From the IMG/VR virus record IMGVR_UViG_2565956658_000004, positions 39,937 to 103,936 of that record: 64,000 nucleotides of DNA. The stretch is one strand, 5' to 3'. The translations under genes were made by a program, and so were the position numbers. Source of the stretch: a virus (taxonomy: Duplodnaviria > Caudoviricetes). Under the pieces are notes generated by a model that made no database searches, was not told the origin of the DNA, and was given only the letters and a program-made list of their open reading frames with translations. How positions within the stretch are numbered: position 1 is the stretch's first letter; each line of letters opens with the position of its first letter. Positions 19,299 to 29,837 of the stretch are shown here, piece by piece.

Positions 19299-19943
19299 TT
19301 AGTGTGTGTTTGGTCGGAATTTATGCATGTCAGCTTTTGGTGCGGCTGTGAACTCATCCACTGGCATTTCAAAGAAAAAGTCTCTTGCTTGTTCATGGCT
19401 ACAGTTAAGCCAATCATTGCGACGATCTCGTGGTATTACGATGATTGATCGTTTCTCGTCATCTAATGCATGAAATTGATTCATGAATGGGTGTAGATCT
19501 GAATTGATCGTCAACATCGACATTGATCTATATTCAACGCCATCAATAACCGCATATTCATAAATGCCTGCGACGGTAAACGGCATTTCATCTCTACGAT
19601 AAATTCCATACCAGTGAGACTTTCCATCTATGTATTTTGGTTCAAAAATAGTCTCAACTGGAATTAAGCAAAATTGGCTTTTCTTCCATGCATTTCTAAA
19701 ACTTGGCTTTTTTTCTACAGTCTCAGTTCTAGCATTGTATGTATTCTTAGCTTTCTTAATATCATCTAACCACGGTGCAACTAGACCAAATCTGGCCAAG
19801 CGCCATTCTATGTTGCCGCGCTTGGAGAAAAGGATAGGGGCCTCATAGTTAGGGTAGATGTCAGCTTTATAGTCAAAAGTAGGCTCAAATAGATTTAATA
19901 ATTGAGCGCGGCTTCTGGCAATTGGTTTGTAGTTGGCACACAT
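19299..19943 (-). CDS. SOS response-associated peptidase (SRAP/HMCES family)
   Basis: N-terminal MC, NAR.ET..KPSF..AW, CLIP....EP, FH...DEKRS. Confidence 0.9.
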   Translation of the reverse strand: MCANYKPIARSRAQLLNLFEPTFDYKADIYPNYEAPILFSKRGNIEWRLARFGLVAPWLDDIKKAKNTYNARTETVEKKPSFRNAWKKSQFCLIPVETIFEPKYIDGKSHWYGIYRRDEMPFTVAGIYEYAVIDGVEYRSMSMLTINSDLHPFMNQFHALDDEKRSIIVIPRDRRNDWLNCSHEQARDFFFEMPVDEFTAAPKADMHKFRPNTH

Positions 19944-20109
19944 GAATCTGGCCTCAATAGTGATAACAATAACTATGAACATTTTATATGTATTGTTGGT
20001 TGCTAGTTTGGTTATAAATGAGATATTTGATGATGTAAAAAGAATGCTCTTTATGGTTTGTAGGGGGAGGTGAGTCCTTTATCAAGAGATTAAATTTTTA
20101 AAATTCAGA

Positions 20110-21306
20110 TTAATAACTATAAAAGAATAAAACTAATGTATAGATAAATAGAGCTATAGATATAATAATAGAGGATGTCATCTTTCCTACAGTCCAGTTA
20201 TTCTTTCTATCCAGTTCTTTTGAAATTTTTCCTATTTCCTTAGCCTCATCAGCAAACTTAACTTTTAAATTTTTAAAAACATCAGTGTATTCATTTTTAA
20301 GCTCTTTTAAAGTTGAATATTGGCCAAGAATATTTAAAATTAATACCACAACCATGCATAGTACCGTCATAAGAACAACAAAATTTCTTGTAAAGTCAAA
20401 ATTCTGCTCAGCGTTATTTTTAATTTGAGCTGTTGCAAACCAAATTCCTGCAGGGATAGCCAACATTTTTGTAGCTACAGAATCAAAAGTATCGTTTATT
20501 TTTTTTGTGTATTCAGTTCTTTTCTCATTATATTCTTTCCTTACCTTGTCAAAGCTATAGTCATCAACAAAGCTTTGATAGCTATGAAGAATATTAGTAA
20601 TAAGTGGATTGAGATGTCTAATCATATGGCTGAAACGGTCTTTCTCATCAATATCTTTGATAAACCCCGTTACTTCTTTACACATTAAATGAATGATTGC
20701 TTCTCTATGCATATCTTTATTCATTAATGTCTCAAGAGTTTGTATGTCCAAACACTCTTTGAGATCATTTTCTGTAAGTGTGAATTTAAACTTATAAGAG
20801 CGATTGAAAAAAATTGTGCCTTGATCACTCTTAGTATTCTCTGATAAAAAATTTATAAATTCATATATTTTATAAAGGTTTAAATAATTAAGATAATTTT
20901 CATCCGTAGAGTCTTTATTAAAAAGCATCTGTGAAGATGTAAAAAATAAGTCCTTAATTGGATTAATAATATAATGGGGATAAGACAATAATTCATCCCA
21001 GTTGTAACAGATGATGAAATCATCACCATTGTTGATGTTATTTTTTTCAAGTTTGATTTCATAAGTGTATTCTGGAAAAAAGTGGCGGTCCTTAATTCCG
21101 TCTAAACTTGCAGTAGGGCTAATAAGAACATTATTTTTTTTTATACGTAGGGAACTATCTGCTAAACCAGCGCTACTTAATTCATTTAATTTTTCTAAAA
21201 TTTCAGAGTTTAATGCAATCCAACCAATAAATTTATCATGAGTATCCTCCCTATCTTTTAAAGATAGTAAGATATTCTGATACGTAGTTACTGTGTTGAT
21301 TGTCAT
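20110..21306 (-). CDS. Membrane protein with three C-terminal TM helices, partner of the NdpA-like gene
   Basis: YSFDKVR.E, KMLAIP, TM segments; ATGA overlap with the upstream gene. Confidence 0.65.
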   Translation of the reverse strand: MTINTVTTYQNILLSLKDREDTHDKFIGWIALNSEILEKLNELSSAGLADSSLRIKKNNVLISPTASLDGIKDRHFFPEYTYEIKLEKNNINNGDDFIICYNWDELLSYPHYIINPIKDLFFTSSQMLFNKDSTDENYLNYLNLYKIYEFINFLSENTKSDQGTIFFNRSYKFKFTLTENDLKECLDIQTLETLMNKDMHREAIIHLMCKEVTGFIKDIDEKDRFSHMIRHLNPLITNILHSYQSFVDDYSFDKVRKEYNEKRTEYTKKINDTFDSVATKMLAIPAGIWFATAQIKNNAEQNFDFTRNFVVLMTVLCMVVVLILNILGQYSTLKELKNEYTDVFKNLKVKFADEAKEIGKISKELDRKNNWTVGKMTSSIIISIALFIYTLVLFFYSY

Positions 21307-22385
21307 TCGTCATCATCTAAATTGGGTTTGGTGCCATTCTTAGCATGGTCGATTTCCTCTAAGAATTTAGGGTTAAGTAGAGTTTCATCTATTTCAATTT
21401 TACCATTTTTGCGATCAATTTGCTTACCTATAAGGTGACGAGCGACACTTAATGACACATCCTTATTGCTGCTGCTTATTTTTTTGAAGTCTCGTAAAAC
21501 CCCCTTACTAATTTTTATATGATTAGACAAATTATGTTTATCACTAGCGTGTTTGAAAAAATCTTCACTTCTTTCAGGAAAAAGACGTTTAGCCACATGT
21601 TCAAGAAGCACATCTTCATTATTTTTTAATTTCTCGGTAATAAAAACATGCGCTTCAGACAATTTCATGTCTGTCTGCGTATGATCTAGTTTCAATTCAT
21701 CTTTAATGAAACTTTCAATTGCGGATTTTAAGCCTCTTGTTTCCTCTCTAGGGGCATTTTTATCGACAGCACATCCAATGAATTTTTCAAAATAATCACG
21801 GACTTCATTTGCATTACCCTTTTTAAATCGAATATATCTTTGGGATAACCCTTCAATCCAATCATTAATATTTATTGTTGCACCCAAATGCAATTTTTCA
21901 ATATCTAATATTTCTCTAGCAATGAAATTTAAATCTTGATCTACGTCAGTACCTTTGGTTTTGTTGATAACTGCAATAGCAAGTTTAACTTGATCAGCAA
22001 CTTGATATTCAAAGAAAACTAAATAACCGCCATTGATGCGCTTATCATTCTTTAATATTTCTTCAAAATGTGTAGCAAGTTCAATTGTTAGTTGCACGAA
22101 ATCCTCACATGACGTGCTTCCAACATAGAAATTTTTTAATTTTTGTTCAAATGCTGGCTCGACCTCAGGATCATCATTTACAGCAAATTCACCTACATAA
22201 AGACTAGCTTTGGTAAACAGTTGTATCAAATCAACTTTTAAATCAGCATCTAATTTAGAAATATCATTCTCTTTGTCCTTGATCTTTGAAATGATATTAT
22301 CATCTGAATTTTCACCATTGGAATCATCAGTTTTATAACTTTTTGCGCGTCTAATTTCATGCGTTATAATATGTTGTATTGACAT
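21303..22385 (-). CDS. Nucleoid-associated protein YejK/NdpA-like
   Basis: MSI.H.I.HEI, GGYLVF.EY, LHLGA.IN..W, YI.F, V.DYF..FIGC motifs. Confidence 0.8.
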   Translation of the reverse strand: MSIQHIITHEIRRAKSYKTDDSNGENSDDNIISKIKDKENDISKLDADLKVDLIQLFTKASLYVGEFAVNDDPEVEPAFEQKLKNFYVGSTSCEDFVQLTIELATHFEEILKNDKRINGGYLVFFEYQVADQVKLAIAVINKTKGTDVDQDLNFIAREILDIEKLHLGATININDWIEGLSQRYIRFKKGNANEVRDYFEKFIGCAVDKNAPREETRGLKSAIESFIKDELKLDHTQTDMKLSEAHVFITEKLKNNEDVLLEHVAKRLFPERSEDFFKHASDKHNLSNHIKISKGVLRDFKKISSSNKDVSLSVARHLIGKQIDRKNGKIEIDETLLNPKFLEEIDHAKNGTKPNLDDDE

Positions 22386-22790
22386 TTTTACCCCGAAGTA
22401 TTTAAAACCGTTTTCAAAATATCTGTATATTATCCAATGTATAATTTTGAATCTATAATAATTATAACTTTTACTCTTGAATATTAATATTAATAGATAC
22501 TTCACCACATTTAACTTGTACAAAGCATAAAAGAAGTTGCATTTCGACTTATGAAAATTCAGCAGTCGATTTAGACAGCCTTACAATAGATTCTTCCTTA
22601 ACACACAAAGCATTGGAAATAGAAGTGAATGAAGTGCCACCAAAACTTTTAGCGCTATATTTTTAACATCGTTCGGCTTATACTGCCCCGAACTTTTCGT
22701 ACATTTTTTCCACAGTAATCAGAAATATACAAAATTCCTAGATTTTTGCTCATATCAATAATCGATTGAAAAAATTAAAAGATATATTAA

Positions 22791-23198
22791 TTAAGTTCTG
22801 AACATACCTAAAAAAACATAAGCAGCGTAAAAAAGAGCTCCAAATATGAATGTATAAAACTGTAAAGTATTTTTGAAACTCATCATATTTACACATTCAT
22901 TTAGTTGGTGATAGAGACATAGCTTTTCCTGAGGGTTAACAGATTGTATAAATAAAGCATTGATATTTGCGAGCTTTGCATATGTTCCCAAATACGATGC
23001 ACCAAAGCAAAAACTTGAACTAATTAATAAAAGAGAAATTAGTGGTAAGTACATAATAGTTGACCACTTTTCATCTTTAATCTGAGTCAAAATATAGCCG
23101 ATTGATGCCGTTGAGACAGTAAGAAGCATGAATGCTGTTTTTTCCAAAATTGCTTTATTAATCTTATGTAATTCAAGAACAGACTCTTTGTTTGACAT
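22791..23198 (-). CDS. Small three-TM membrane protein
   Basis: Three hydrophobic helices; low GC. Confidence 0.6.
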   Translation of the reverse strand: MSNKESVLELHKINKAILEKTAFMLLTVSTASIGYILTQIKDEKWSTIMYLPLISLLLISSSFCFGASYLGTYAKLANINALFIQSVNPQEKLCLYHQLNECVNMMSFKNTLQFYTFIFGALFYAAYVFLGMFRT

Positions 23199-23344
23199 CT
23201 TTAATCTCATATAAGGTTATAATAATTCGATAATAATTACAGAAGAGTGTTCAATTCTTCACTTACTTAGCTGTAAAATTCCAATCTGAATTGGTTACTA
23301 AAGTCTACTAGCTATCACCAACATTGGCCTAATCTTGAATCACT

Positions 23345-24225
23345 TTACAAGACATTTTGTCTTTGATCTCCTAAAACAATTTCTTCTATCTCATTCATCG
23401 CTGCTCGAAGCTTCTTATCACTAATTTGAACATAGCCTGCTGTGACATCATTTTGATCTTCGTTCTTGTGATTCAGTAGTTTTTTAATTGTATATTTCCC
23501 ATAGTCCAGACTTTCAGCAATTGAACCATAGGTACGGCGTAGATCATGGAAAGTAAACTGGATACCACAACTTTCATTGATCTTGGCTCTAACTTTTGAA
23601 ATATTTGTTATGTGACCAGATTCAGATTTTGCAGAAGGGAAAACCCAATCTACAGTGATTTGCTTTCGACGCTTCTTCATCAACTCCCAAAGAAAATCAC
23701 CCATAGGAAGAGTATGAGGTTCATTATTCTTTGGATCTATTGAGGTGATATAACCATATTTTAAATCTACAGCAGACCATGCCAGCGATTCACACTCTTC
23801 TCGTCTAAAACCAGTAAGGATCAAAGTGATAAGAAAGTCTTTATTGGTCTCAAGCTGCTGGCCACGATCATCAAAGTTTAATACAGCATTAATCCAATCA
23901 GGTAGCTTATCTTCATTGATATATGAGCTACGTCTACGAATTTTATTCCAAGACTTTTTAGCTGTTAAAGTTTTAACTGGGTTGAGTGGGGGAATGATAG
24001 ATTGTTCATCATCATCCAAATAGTGTTCGATCGAAAAGTTATAAATTGCTCGAAAGACCCGCATACACATATTGGCTTGAGCTTTACTATTAACTGATAG
24101 TTCCTTATGTTTTTCTTGAACCATGGTTCTAGTAATGTCTTTAAGCTTAGTATCCTTCCAGTCTTTTAAGTAGCCATTAACTACATCACTATAATCTTCC
24201 AACGTACGCGGTTTTAATGTGCGTT
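23345..24225 (-). pseudogene. int: Tyrosine integrase, C-terminal part (interrupted)
   Basis: TGFRREE, K, HDLRR, LLNH and GYV catalytic residues; joins in frame to 58699-59059. Confidence 0.92.
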
Positions 24226-24383
24226 TGATGCGCGCCGAGATAATTTAGCCAAAATATTGAGATAAATAGCACATCATTTCATTTCATCTAATGAAAAATA
24301 ATTTCATTATTGTTTATACGCAATCAATCCAAACTTATTACCACAGAACTGCACAAAGTCATCTAATTTATTAACAATTAAAT

Positions 24384-25043
24384 TCATGCTGTACGTCTCC
24401 AGCGAGCATCGACAATACTTGGTTGAACGTTATTGTGAGGGTTTCCTGAGCCTGATAAACCTGTCCTATCCGTAGATGAACCATTTTTATCTGCCGTTAT
24501 GTGACTCGCCAAATCAGCCAGACCAATCCTAGACGTACCAGAATATTCAAGAACTCCATGATCATGCTCAGGCATTTCATCAGTTGTGAGCTGGTGTGTA
24601 TATTCGCCAAATTCAGTGCCAACAATTTTTGTCCATGCTGGATCATCTGCTTGCGTTGATAAACCAACAGATGCTTTACCTTCGGCATGTCGCACCCATG
24701 TCGTGCCCACGAATCGCACGTTTGGGTCTATTGCTGAAATACCAAAGTCAATGATTACGCCCACTGGATAAATAAAATCCACAATATTTTCAACAAACTC
24801 TTCTAAGAGAGTTGTGCGGTCAGAGATTCCTTTTACAACAGTAAAAACTTGATTCTTTTGACTTGGATTTAAGGGAATACCAAAACCTTCAATGACATTA
24901 GCCAGCTCTTCCTGAACATGGTTACACCAAGACGGATCAATATAGGTCGCATCTTGTCCTGAAACGTCTGCATTATCATGAAAACCTTTTTTACCGACTC
25001 CATTCACATCAGGACGTGCGTTTGCAGTATCAATTCGTTTCAT
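24384..25043 (-). CDS. Short tail fibre/baseplate protein
   Basis: MKRID...GFHD...AT.....W.N.VQEEL..VIE N-terminus; YPVG...HQLT..EMP.H.H...PHNNVQP collar motif. Confidence 0.8.
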   Translation of the reverse strand: MKRIDTANARPDVNGVGKKGFHDNADVSGQDATYIDPSWCNHVQEELANVIEGFGIPLNPSQKNQVFTVVKGISDRTTLLEEFVENIVDFIYPVGVIIDFGISAIDPNVRFVGTTWVRHAEGKASVGLSTQADDPAWTKIVGTEFGEYTHQLTTDEMPEHDHGVLEYSGTSRIGLADLASHITADKNGSSTDRTGLSGSGNPHNNVQPSIVDARWRRTA

Positions 25044-25576
25044 TAAATCACCTCAAGGTCATAGCGAATGTACGCTGGTAAATAGTTATAAATAATGCAG
25101 TCCAAATCTGCTTCGACTGGGCTTTGTAAAACCAATTTGACTTTGTAGCGCAGTTGATCAGTGTTCACTGGTGAATTGCATGGAGCAGTACATTGCATCG
25201 GTCTGTACTTAACTAGCTCAATCAAATGCACATTAAAAATTACAAGCAGTTGTTCTAAATATTCAGTGTTTAGAACGTTCTTTGTATTTCTAATCCAGTT
25301 AACAGCTGCGAGACGTTGTTCTATTGTTTGAGTCACATTTGTTTGGCATTTCAACGGCAAACCATATTCTTTTTCATATTCTTCCAGCAGCTCGACTGGA
25401 ATAGATTCAAGAACATTTAAAAGGCGTTTTGCATCGAGATCACATTGAGCTAATGCTTTAGCGTGTCCATAAATGTCTTTAGAAATATTTGAATTAGGTG
25501 CACGTTCATAGCCACCGACAGGCATCAACTGGCGTAAAACCATTTCATATAGCTTTGTGGTTTCTTCTAAAGTCAT
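25043..25576 (-). CDS. Baseplate protein (Mu gp48/YmfQ-like)
   Basis: LL.EYE..YGLP motif; position. Confidence 0.8.
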   Translation of the reverse strand: MTLEETTKLYEMVLRQLMPVGGYERAPNSNISKDIYGHAKALAQCDLDAKRLLNVLESIPVELLEEYEKEYGLPLKCQTNVTQTIEQRLAAVNWIRNTKNVLNTEYLEQLLVIFNVHLIELVKYRPMQCTAPCNSPVNTDQLRYKVKLVLQSPVEADLDCIIYNYLPAYIRYDLEVI

Positions 25577-26619
25577 GGCGCAGCACTCACTGTTAAAACA
25601 CCGAGACGAAGCCAATAAGTGTGAAAAGGATCAACAGTAGGTACGATGTTTGAAGATGGGGTCAATTCAAGATCGGTCACACCAGCAACCGCAACAATGC
25701 GTGAAGTTAATATGGCTGCTTGATATGGTTCAACAGGATCAATCTCAGCAAAGTAATCACGAATGACTTTTCTGACACTATCTAAATCAGCTGTACCTGA
25801 GACAATTGCAGTCACTGGAACTAATTGTTCTGTTGGTGAATAAACTCGGCAATCAGCCCAAAAGCCTGCATAACTATCAAGTACCAGTTGTGCAGCATCT
25901 ATCAATGCTTGGCTTGGTAATGTTGGCGGATTACCAACTGCTGTGATTGCTATATCAAGCGATCCTAAGCCGCGTCGCTTCGGATATGGATAAACGTTAT
26001 GCACGTTTGCAACTGTCTTTAATACCGAAATCAAATCTTCAGAACGGTCACGCGATAAACCAAGTTGTTTGGTTTCAAGTAGACGAGCACGCCAATCTTC
26101 TAATTCTTCCTGATCAGTACCACCTCCAATTGAAGCATCTGTTGCAGTACCACTTAGACCAGCTGCTGGACTAACAAAAAGTAATGTACCTGTGAAATTC
26201 CAACTCGCTCCAATACGATCCGCAACAACATCTATAGATATTGCTGTGTTTGCTAATAGCTCGGTGTCACTTACAACAGACCAGTAATGCGACTTACCAT
26301 CGGTCAACTTTGTACCAGCAGCAATAGTCAATGCAATATTAGAGGTTGCTAAAACAGTACCTGAAGCTTGTGTTCCACCGAGTCGTGGACGACCTAATTC
26401 ATCCGCATGAATATAAAGAAACGGCTCATCAGCAGTGGAGATAAATAACTGTTTCTGTATATAGACTTGATGATGGTATAAGCCTTCAACAATTGAGGCT
26501 GTACCGTCCGCACGAATACCAGCATCGCTATCATCTGAAATGACTAAACCTGTTAGATTTCGAATTTCTTGAGTAATCAGATTGCGAATCTGAGCAAATG
26601 TTTTAACTGGATAAGCCAT
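25573..26619 (-). CDS. Baseplate J (Mu gp47-like)
   Basis: GG.D.E.LE.WR.R and YP.RRGLG motifs. Confidence 0.9.
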   Translation of the reverse strand: MAYPVKTFAQIRNLITQEIRNLTGLVISDDSDAGIRADGTASIVEGLYHHQVYIQKQLFISTADEPFLYIHADELGRPRLGGTQASGTVLATSNIALTIAAGTKLTDGKSHYWSVVSDTELLANTAISIDVVADRIGASWNFTGTLLFVSPAAGLSGTATDASIGGGTDQEELEDWRARLLETKQLGLSRDRSEDLISVLKTVANVHNVYPYPKRRGLGSLDIAITAVGNPPTLPSQALIDAAQLVLDSYAGFWADCRVYSPTEQLVPVTAIVSGTADLDSVRKVIRDYFAEIDPVEPYQAAILTSRIVAVAGVTDLELTPSSNIVPTVDPFHTYWLRLGVLTVSAAP

Positions 26620-26620
26620 A

Positions 26621-26983
26621 TCAACCACCAACTGCAACAAAATAAGGAATCGTTTGCTTTTCACCAGTCAATCGAGTGATCTCAATCTTTAAATCAATAC
26701 GGCTTTTAACCGACTGAGCTGCTGATACGACTAGACTTTGCAAACGATTCGGAACTAAATCCATCAAAGCTTCCTCAGCATATTGTTTTACTGTTTGAAC
26801 CATACGGGGTACGTCTTTTGAACGTTTCAATGTATAAAATCGACTACCAAGATTAGGATCAGCCCAATAGCGTCCACGATGAATATTGAGTCTCTGGCAA
26901 ACGACCTGAACAACATCATCATTGAATGCAGCATCTAAACTGGTAAGAACGTAGTCTTTCGTTTCTAAATTAATAGTTCCCAT
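26621..26983 (-). CDS. Baseplate wedge (Mu gp46-like)
   Basis: YWADP.LGSR...L.RSK...YAEEAL. Confidence 0.9.
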   Translation of the reverse strand: MGTINLETKDYVLTSLDAAFNDDVVQVVCQRLNIHRGRYWADPNLGSRFYTLKRSKDVPRMVQTVKQYAEEALMDLVPNRLQSLVVSAAQSVKSRIDLKIEITRLTGEKQTIPYFVAVGG

Positions 26984-26986
26984 GAA

Positions 26987-27484
26987 TTACTCCATTTTTG
27001 GATTAGCTATTGGACTGTTACCATGTAAATGTTCGTTATAAACATCACGCATGCCTTGCATTGAGCCTGTTTTGTCTAAGACTTCTTTTTCTGATTCGAT
27101 ATTTTCTGAAACTTTTAAACCGCCAATAATCTCGACATCGCCCATCATTTTTATGCCTGACTCATGTAGTAGAACTTGATGCCCAAACTGGTCATAAATA
27201 CAGGTTTCACCCTCAGCAACGTTGACAACAACAGCACCGCCTGTGGTTGCGATCACAACCGATTTAGATGTTTTCCCCTGAAGTGGAATAACGACAACTT
27301 TTGCTGAATCTGGAATGTGTGAGTTGAAGCCGACTTGCTGAATAAGTTCAACTTCTTGCAGCGTTTCATCTGTAAAACCCTTGAGCTGCAATACTTTTGA
27401 ACCACCGCGAGCAACAATCCCCAAGAATGTTTGGCGTATTTGTGAACCAGCTTTTTGAATGCGAGAACTAAGAGATTTCATCAT
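26987..27484 (-). CDS. Baseplate spike (Mu gp45-like)
   Basis: Q.GF.S..P, GE..IYD..G, C-terminal H.H. Confidence 0.88.
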   Translation of the reverse strand: MMKSLSSRIQKAGSQIRQTFLGIVARGGSKVLQLKGFTDETLQEVELIQQVGFNSHIPDSAKVVVIPLQGKTSKSVVIATTGGAVVVNVAEGETCIYDQFGHQVLLHESGIKMMGDVEIIGGLKVSENIESEKEVLDKTGSMQGMRDVYNEHLHGNSPIANPKME

Positions 27485-28589
27485 TGCTGCTGATCTCCTT
27501 TGTTGCTTTTGCCTTTTTAGATTTCTTTTTAGTTTTTGCTTGAGGGTCTTTATAGATCAGTGGCTGTGCCCAGTCGCCTTGACGCTTGAGATTCAGCTTT
27601 GTGGTTTTGCCTTTATCGCGTGATAAATAAAAAGTGCGACCTAAAACCGCCCATTTTCCTGTCGCACGGCTGAGAGCATTGGTTTCAACAGTGACATAAA
27701 AACCAGCACGCCAGAGCTTGCCATCAATCACCCAATCATCAACTGTAGCGGTCAGACCATAGGCTGCTAGATTGTTATCTTTAATGATTTTATCGAGCGC
27801 TGCGTCTGCTTCAGCTTTGGTCTCAACATCACCAAGCGTCACGATTTTTAAACGATTAAAGCCGTATTGAGTTGGTGCTGTCGCTTCAGACAAAATTGAT
27901 TGTGCTTCACCGTCTTGGCTCATCACTTTGATCTGACTAAATACACCAGAAACGTCATTGGTATATTGCAAATCAAGTACATTGTTATTGTTATCCAATG
28001 GCTTGATTAGACGCAGCGTTTCTTGAACTTGATAAGGATTAGCGAATGGATCACCAATACTGATCGAACCGTCAGGCTCAAGCCATACGTGTTGACCAGT
28101 GACCTGAGCAGCCTTTGCAATTGCATCCCACAATGACTCACTTGGCTCGACAGAGACTTTATTCTTCAGCCAACTATTATTCTGAATCCGCACATCATGA
28201 ATGACTGAAGAGAGATCACCAGCCAACACAAAACGTTCTAATAGTTCCTCAAGCGTGATCTGACGACCATTGAAAATAGGCACTGAGCAATCGATCAACT
28301 GACCAGCCAAATCACGCCCAGAAATTTGCAATCCATAACCATCACGGCTGACAGCTTCTTCTATGCTGTCAGCAATGGAAGTTAAAATTACTTCATCGTT
28401 ATAAAACAACTGAATTTTGGCAGCACCTTGAACGCTATCAGGTAAGGGCTGACTATCTGGACGAAATAAAGTTAAATTCCAGTTGTCCGCTGGTGTTTCA
28501 ATCTGACTATCAGCAGTGACATTATCCCAACCGCTAATTTCAACATCTCCGATCACAAGGCGGATTTGATTGCCTGAATTATCTTGCAT
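27468..28589 (-). CDS. Baseplate hub (Mu gpP/gp44-like)
   Basis: SGRD..G.L.DCS motif. Confidence 0.9.
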   Translation of the reverse strand: MQDNSGNQIRLVIGDVEISGWDNVTADSQIETPADNWNLTLFRPDSQPLPDSVQGAAKIQLFYNDEVILTSIADSIEEAVSRDGYGLQISGRDLAGQLIDCSVPIFNGRQITLEELLERFVLAGDLSSVIHDVRIQNNSWLKNKVSVEPSESLWDAIAKAAQVTGQHVWLEPDGSISIGDPFANPYQVQETLRLIKPLDNNNNVLDLQYTNDVSGVFSQIKVMSQDGEAQSILSEATAPTQYGFNRLKIVTLGDVETKAEADAALDKIIKDNNLAAYGLTATVDDWVIDGKLWRAGFYVTVETNALSRATGKWAVLGRTFYLSRDKGKTTKLNLKRQGDWAQPLIYKDPQAKTKKKSKKAKATKEISSNDEIS

Positions 28590-29763
28590 AGACAGTCAAC
28601 TCCATGCCGATCTGAAGTACTGCTGGATTAAATAAATCAGGATTTAGACGACGGATTTCATCTGCACGATCCATGTCGCCATAAAGCGAATGAGCAAGCC
28701 AATGCAAGGTGCATGGCACTAAAATTTTTGTGGTTGTAATTGGTGGACGTACTTCAATCAACTCTTGAATCTGTACATGAATTTGATCAGAAACATTTTT
28801 AAAGACTTGAACCTGAGCAACAGATTCAAAGAGCAAATCTGTAGCAGCTTGCTCTCGCTCGGTTTTAATCGTTTGTTGAATTTGCTGACGAACCTGTTGA
28901 CGAATGATCGCAAGCTCAACTGGTGTAAAGCTGACTTGTTTTTTATCAGCCATCTCTTTGCGGACTGAAGAAACGACTTTTTGCGTAGCAGTAACAGTAC
29001 TTGCAATTTGTGTTGCACGCCATGTTTGCTTCAGCTCTGGTAGATCATCATCTTGAAAAAGTTTTTCAAAACGCTTCACTCTTTTGAATAGGTCACGCCA
29101 TTTTGCGATTGCTGAAATATTAGTATCAAAGGTCGCTAATTTAGTGACTTCATCAACAAGTCCAACAATGCTTTCAGCTGGTGACAAAACAGATTCAATT
29201 GTACTTTTTGCAAGACCTAAATACTGACGTGCAGTTGTGACCGCATTTTTGATGTTATTGACAACAGTAAAAAACTTGTTTGGATCAGTCTTTTCTAGCT
29301 GATCAAGTGATTTATCTAGTGCAGCGGCTGGTGTCTTGGTGATTACTGCAACATCAACAGTTGCAGGCGTGGAGACTGGAATAAATAAAGGACGTTCTTT
29401 GTCTTCGGCTTGAATAAACTTGATTGAAATTTTACATGTATCGACTTCTTCAGCGACATGACCGATTTGATAATCTTCAACAGAGACTTTCATCACACCA
29501 TGAATTGGGTGAATTAGCTCACCTGACCCAGTAGCGATCAATGCTGCCCGAAGCGCATCCATTTCTGTTTTATAGTCTTCACCAGCAAAAATAGCCTCAA
29601 TACTAATTCTTAGTGGGTTGTTGCCCATATCTTCAATTGAGGCTTTGTTTGAATATGGTGCTTGTTTGACTGCCAATGATTTAGAGCCAGAGTCATTTGT
29701 AGATATACACTCGAACGGTACGCCTCTAAAACTTGCATCTTGCAGATCATCTTTCCAGCCCAT
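28579..29763 (-). CDS. DNA circularization protein (Mu gpN-like)
   Basis: W...LQDASFRGVPF, EDMG, G.LIHP..G. Confidence 0.92.
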   Translation of the reverse strand: MGWKDDLQDASFRGVPFECISTNDSGSKSLAVKQAPYSNKASIEDMGNNPLRISIEAIFAGEDYKTEMDALRAALIATGSGELIHPIHGVMKVSVEDYQIGHVAEEVDTCKISIKFIQAEDKERPLFIPVSTPATVDVAVITKTPAAALDKSLDQLEKTDPNKFFTVVNNIKNAVTTARQYLGLAKSTIESVLSPAESIVGLVDEVTKLATFDTNISAIAKWRDLFKRVKRFEKLFQDDDLPELKQTWRATQIASTVTATQKVVSSVRKEMADKKQVSFTPVELAIIRQQVRQQIQQTIKTEREQAATDLLFESVAQVQVFKNVSDQIHVQIQELIEVRPPITTTKILVPCTLHWLAHSLYGDMDRADEIRRLNPDLFNPAVLQIGMELTVYAR

Positions 29764-29816
29764 AACAATAAACCTCACTTTAGTGAGGTTTATTGTGCGA
29801 AAAACTGGTCTTTTAT

Positions 29817-29835
29817 ATTAGGCGGAAAGGCTTCC
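29817..29835 (-). promoter_or_regulatory. Late-promoter activator motif, copy 1 of 6
   Basis: ATTAGGCGGAAAGGCTTCC; other copies start at 32993, 38817, 42462, 43173 and 47369. Confidence 0.8.
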
Positions 29836-29837
29836 AT

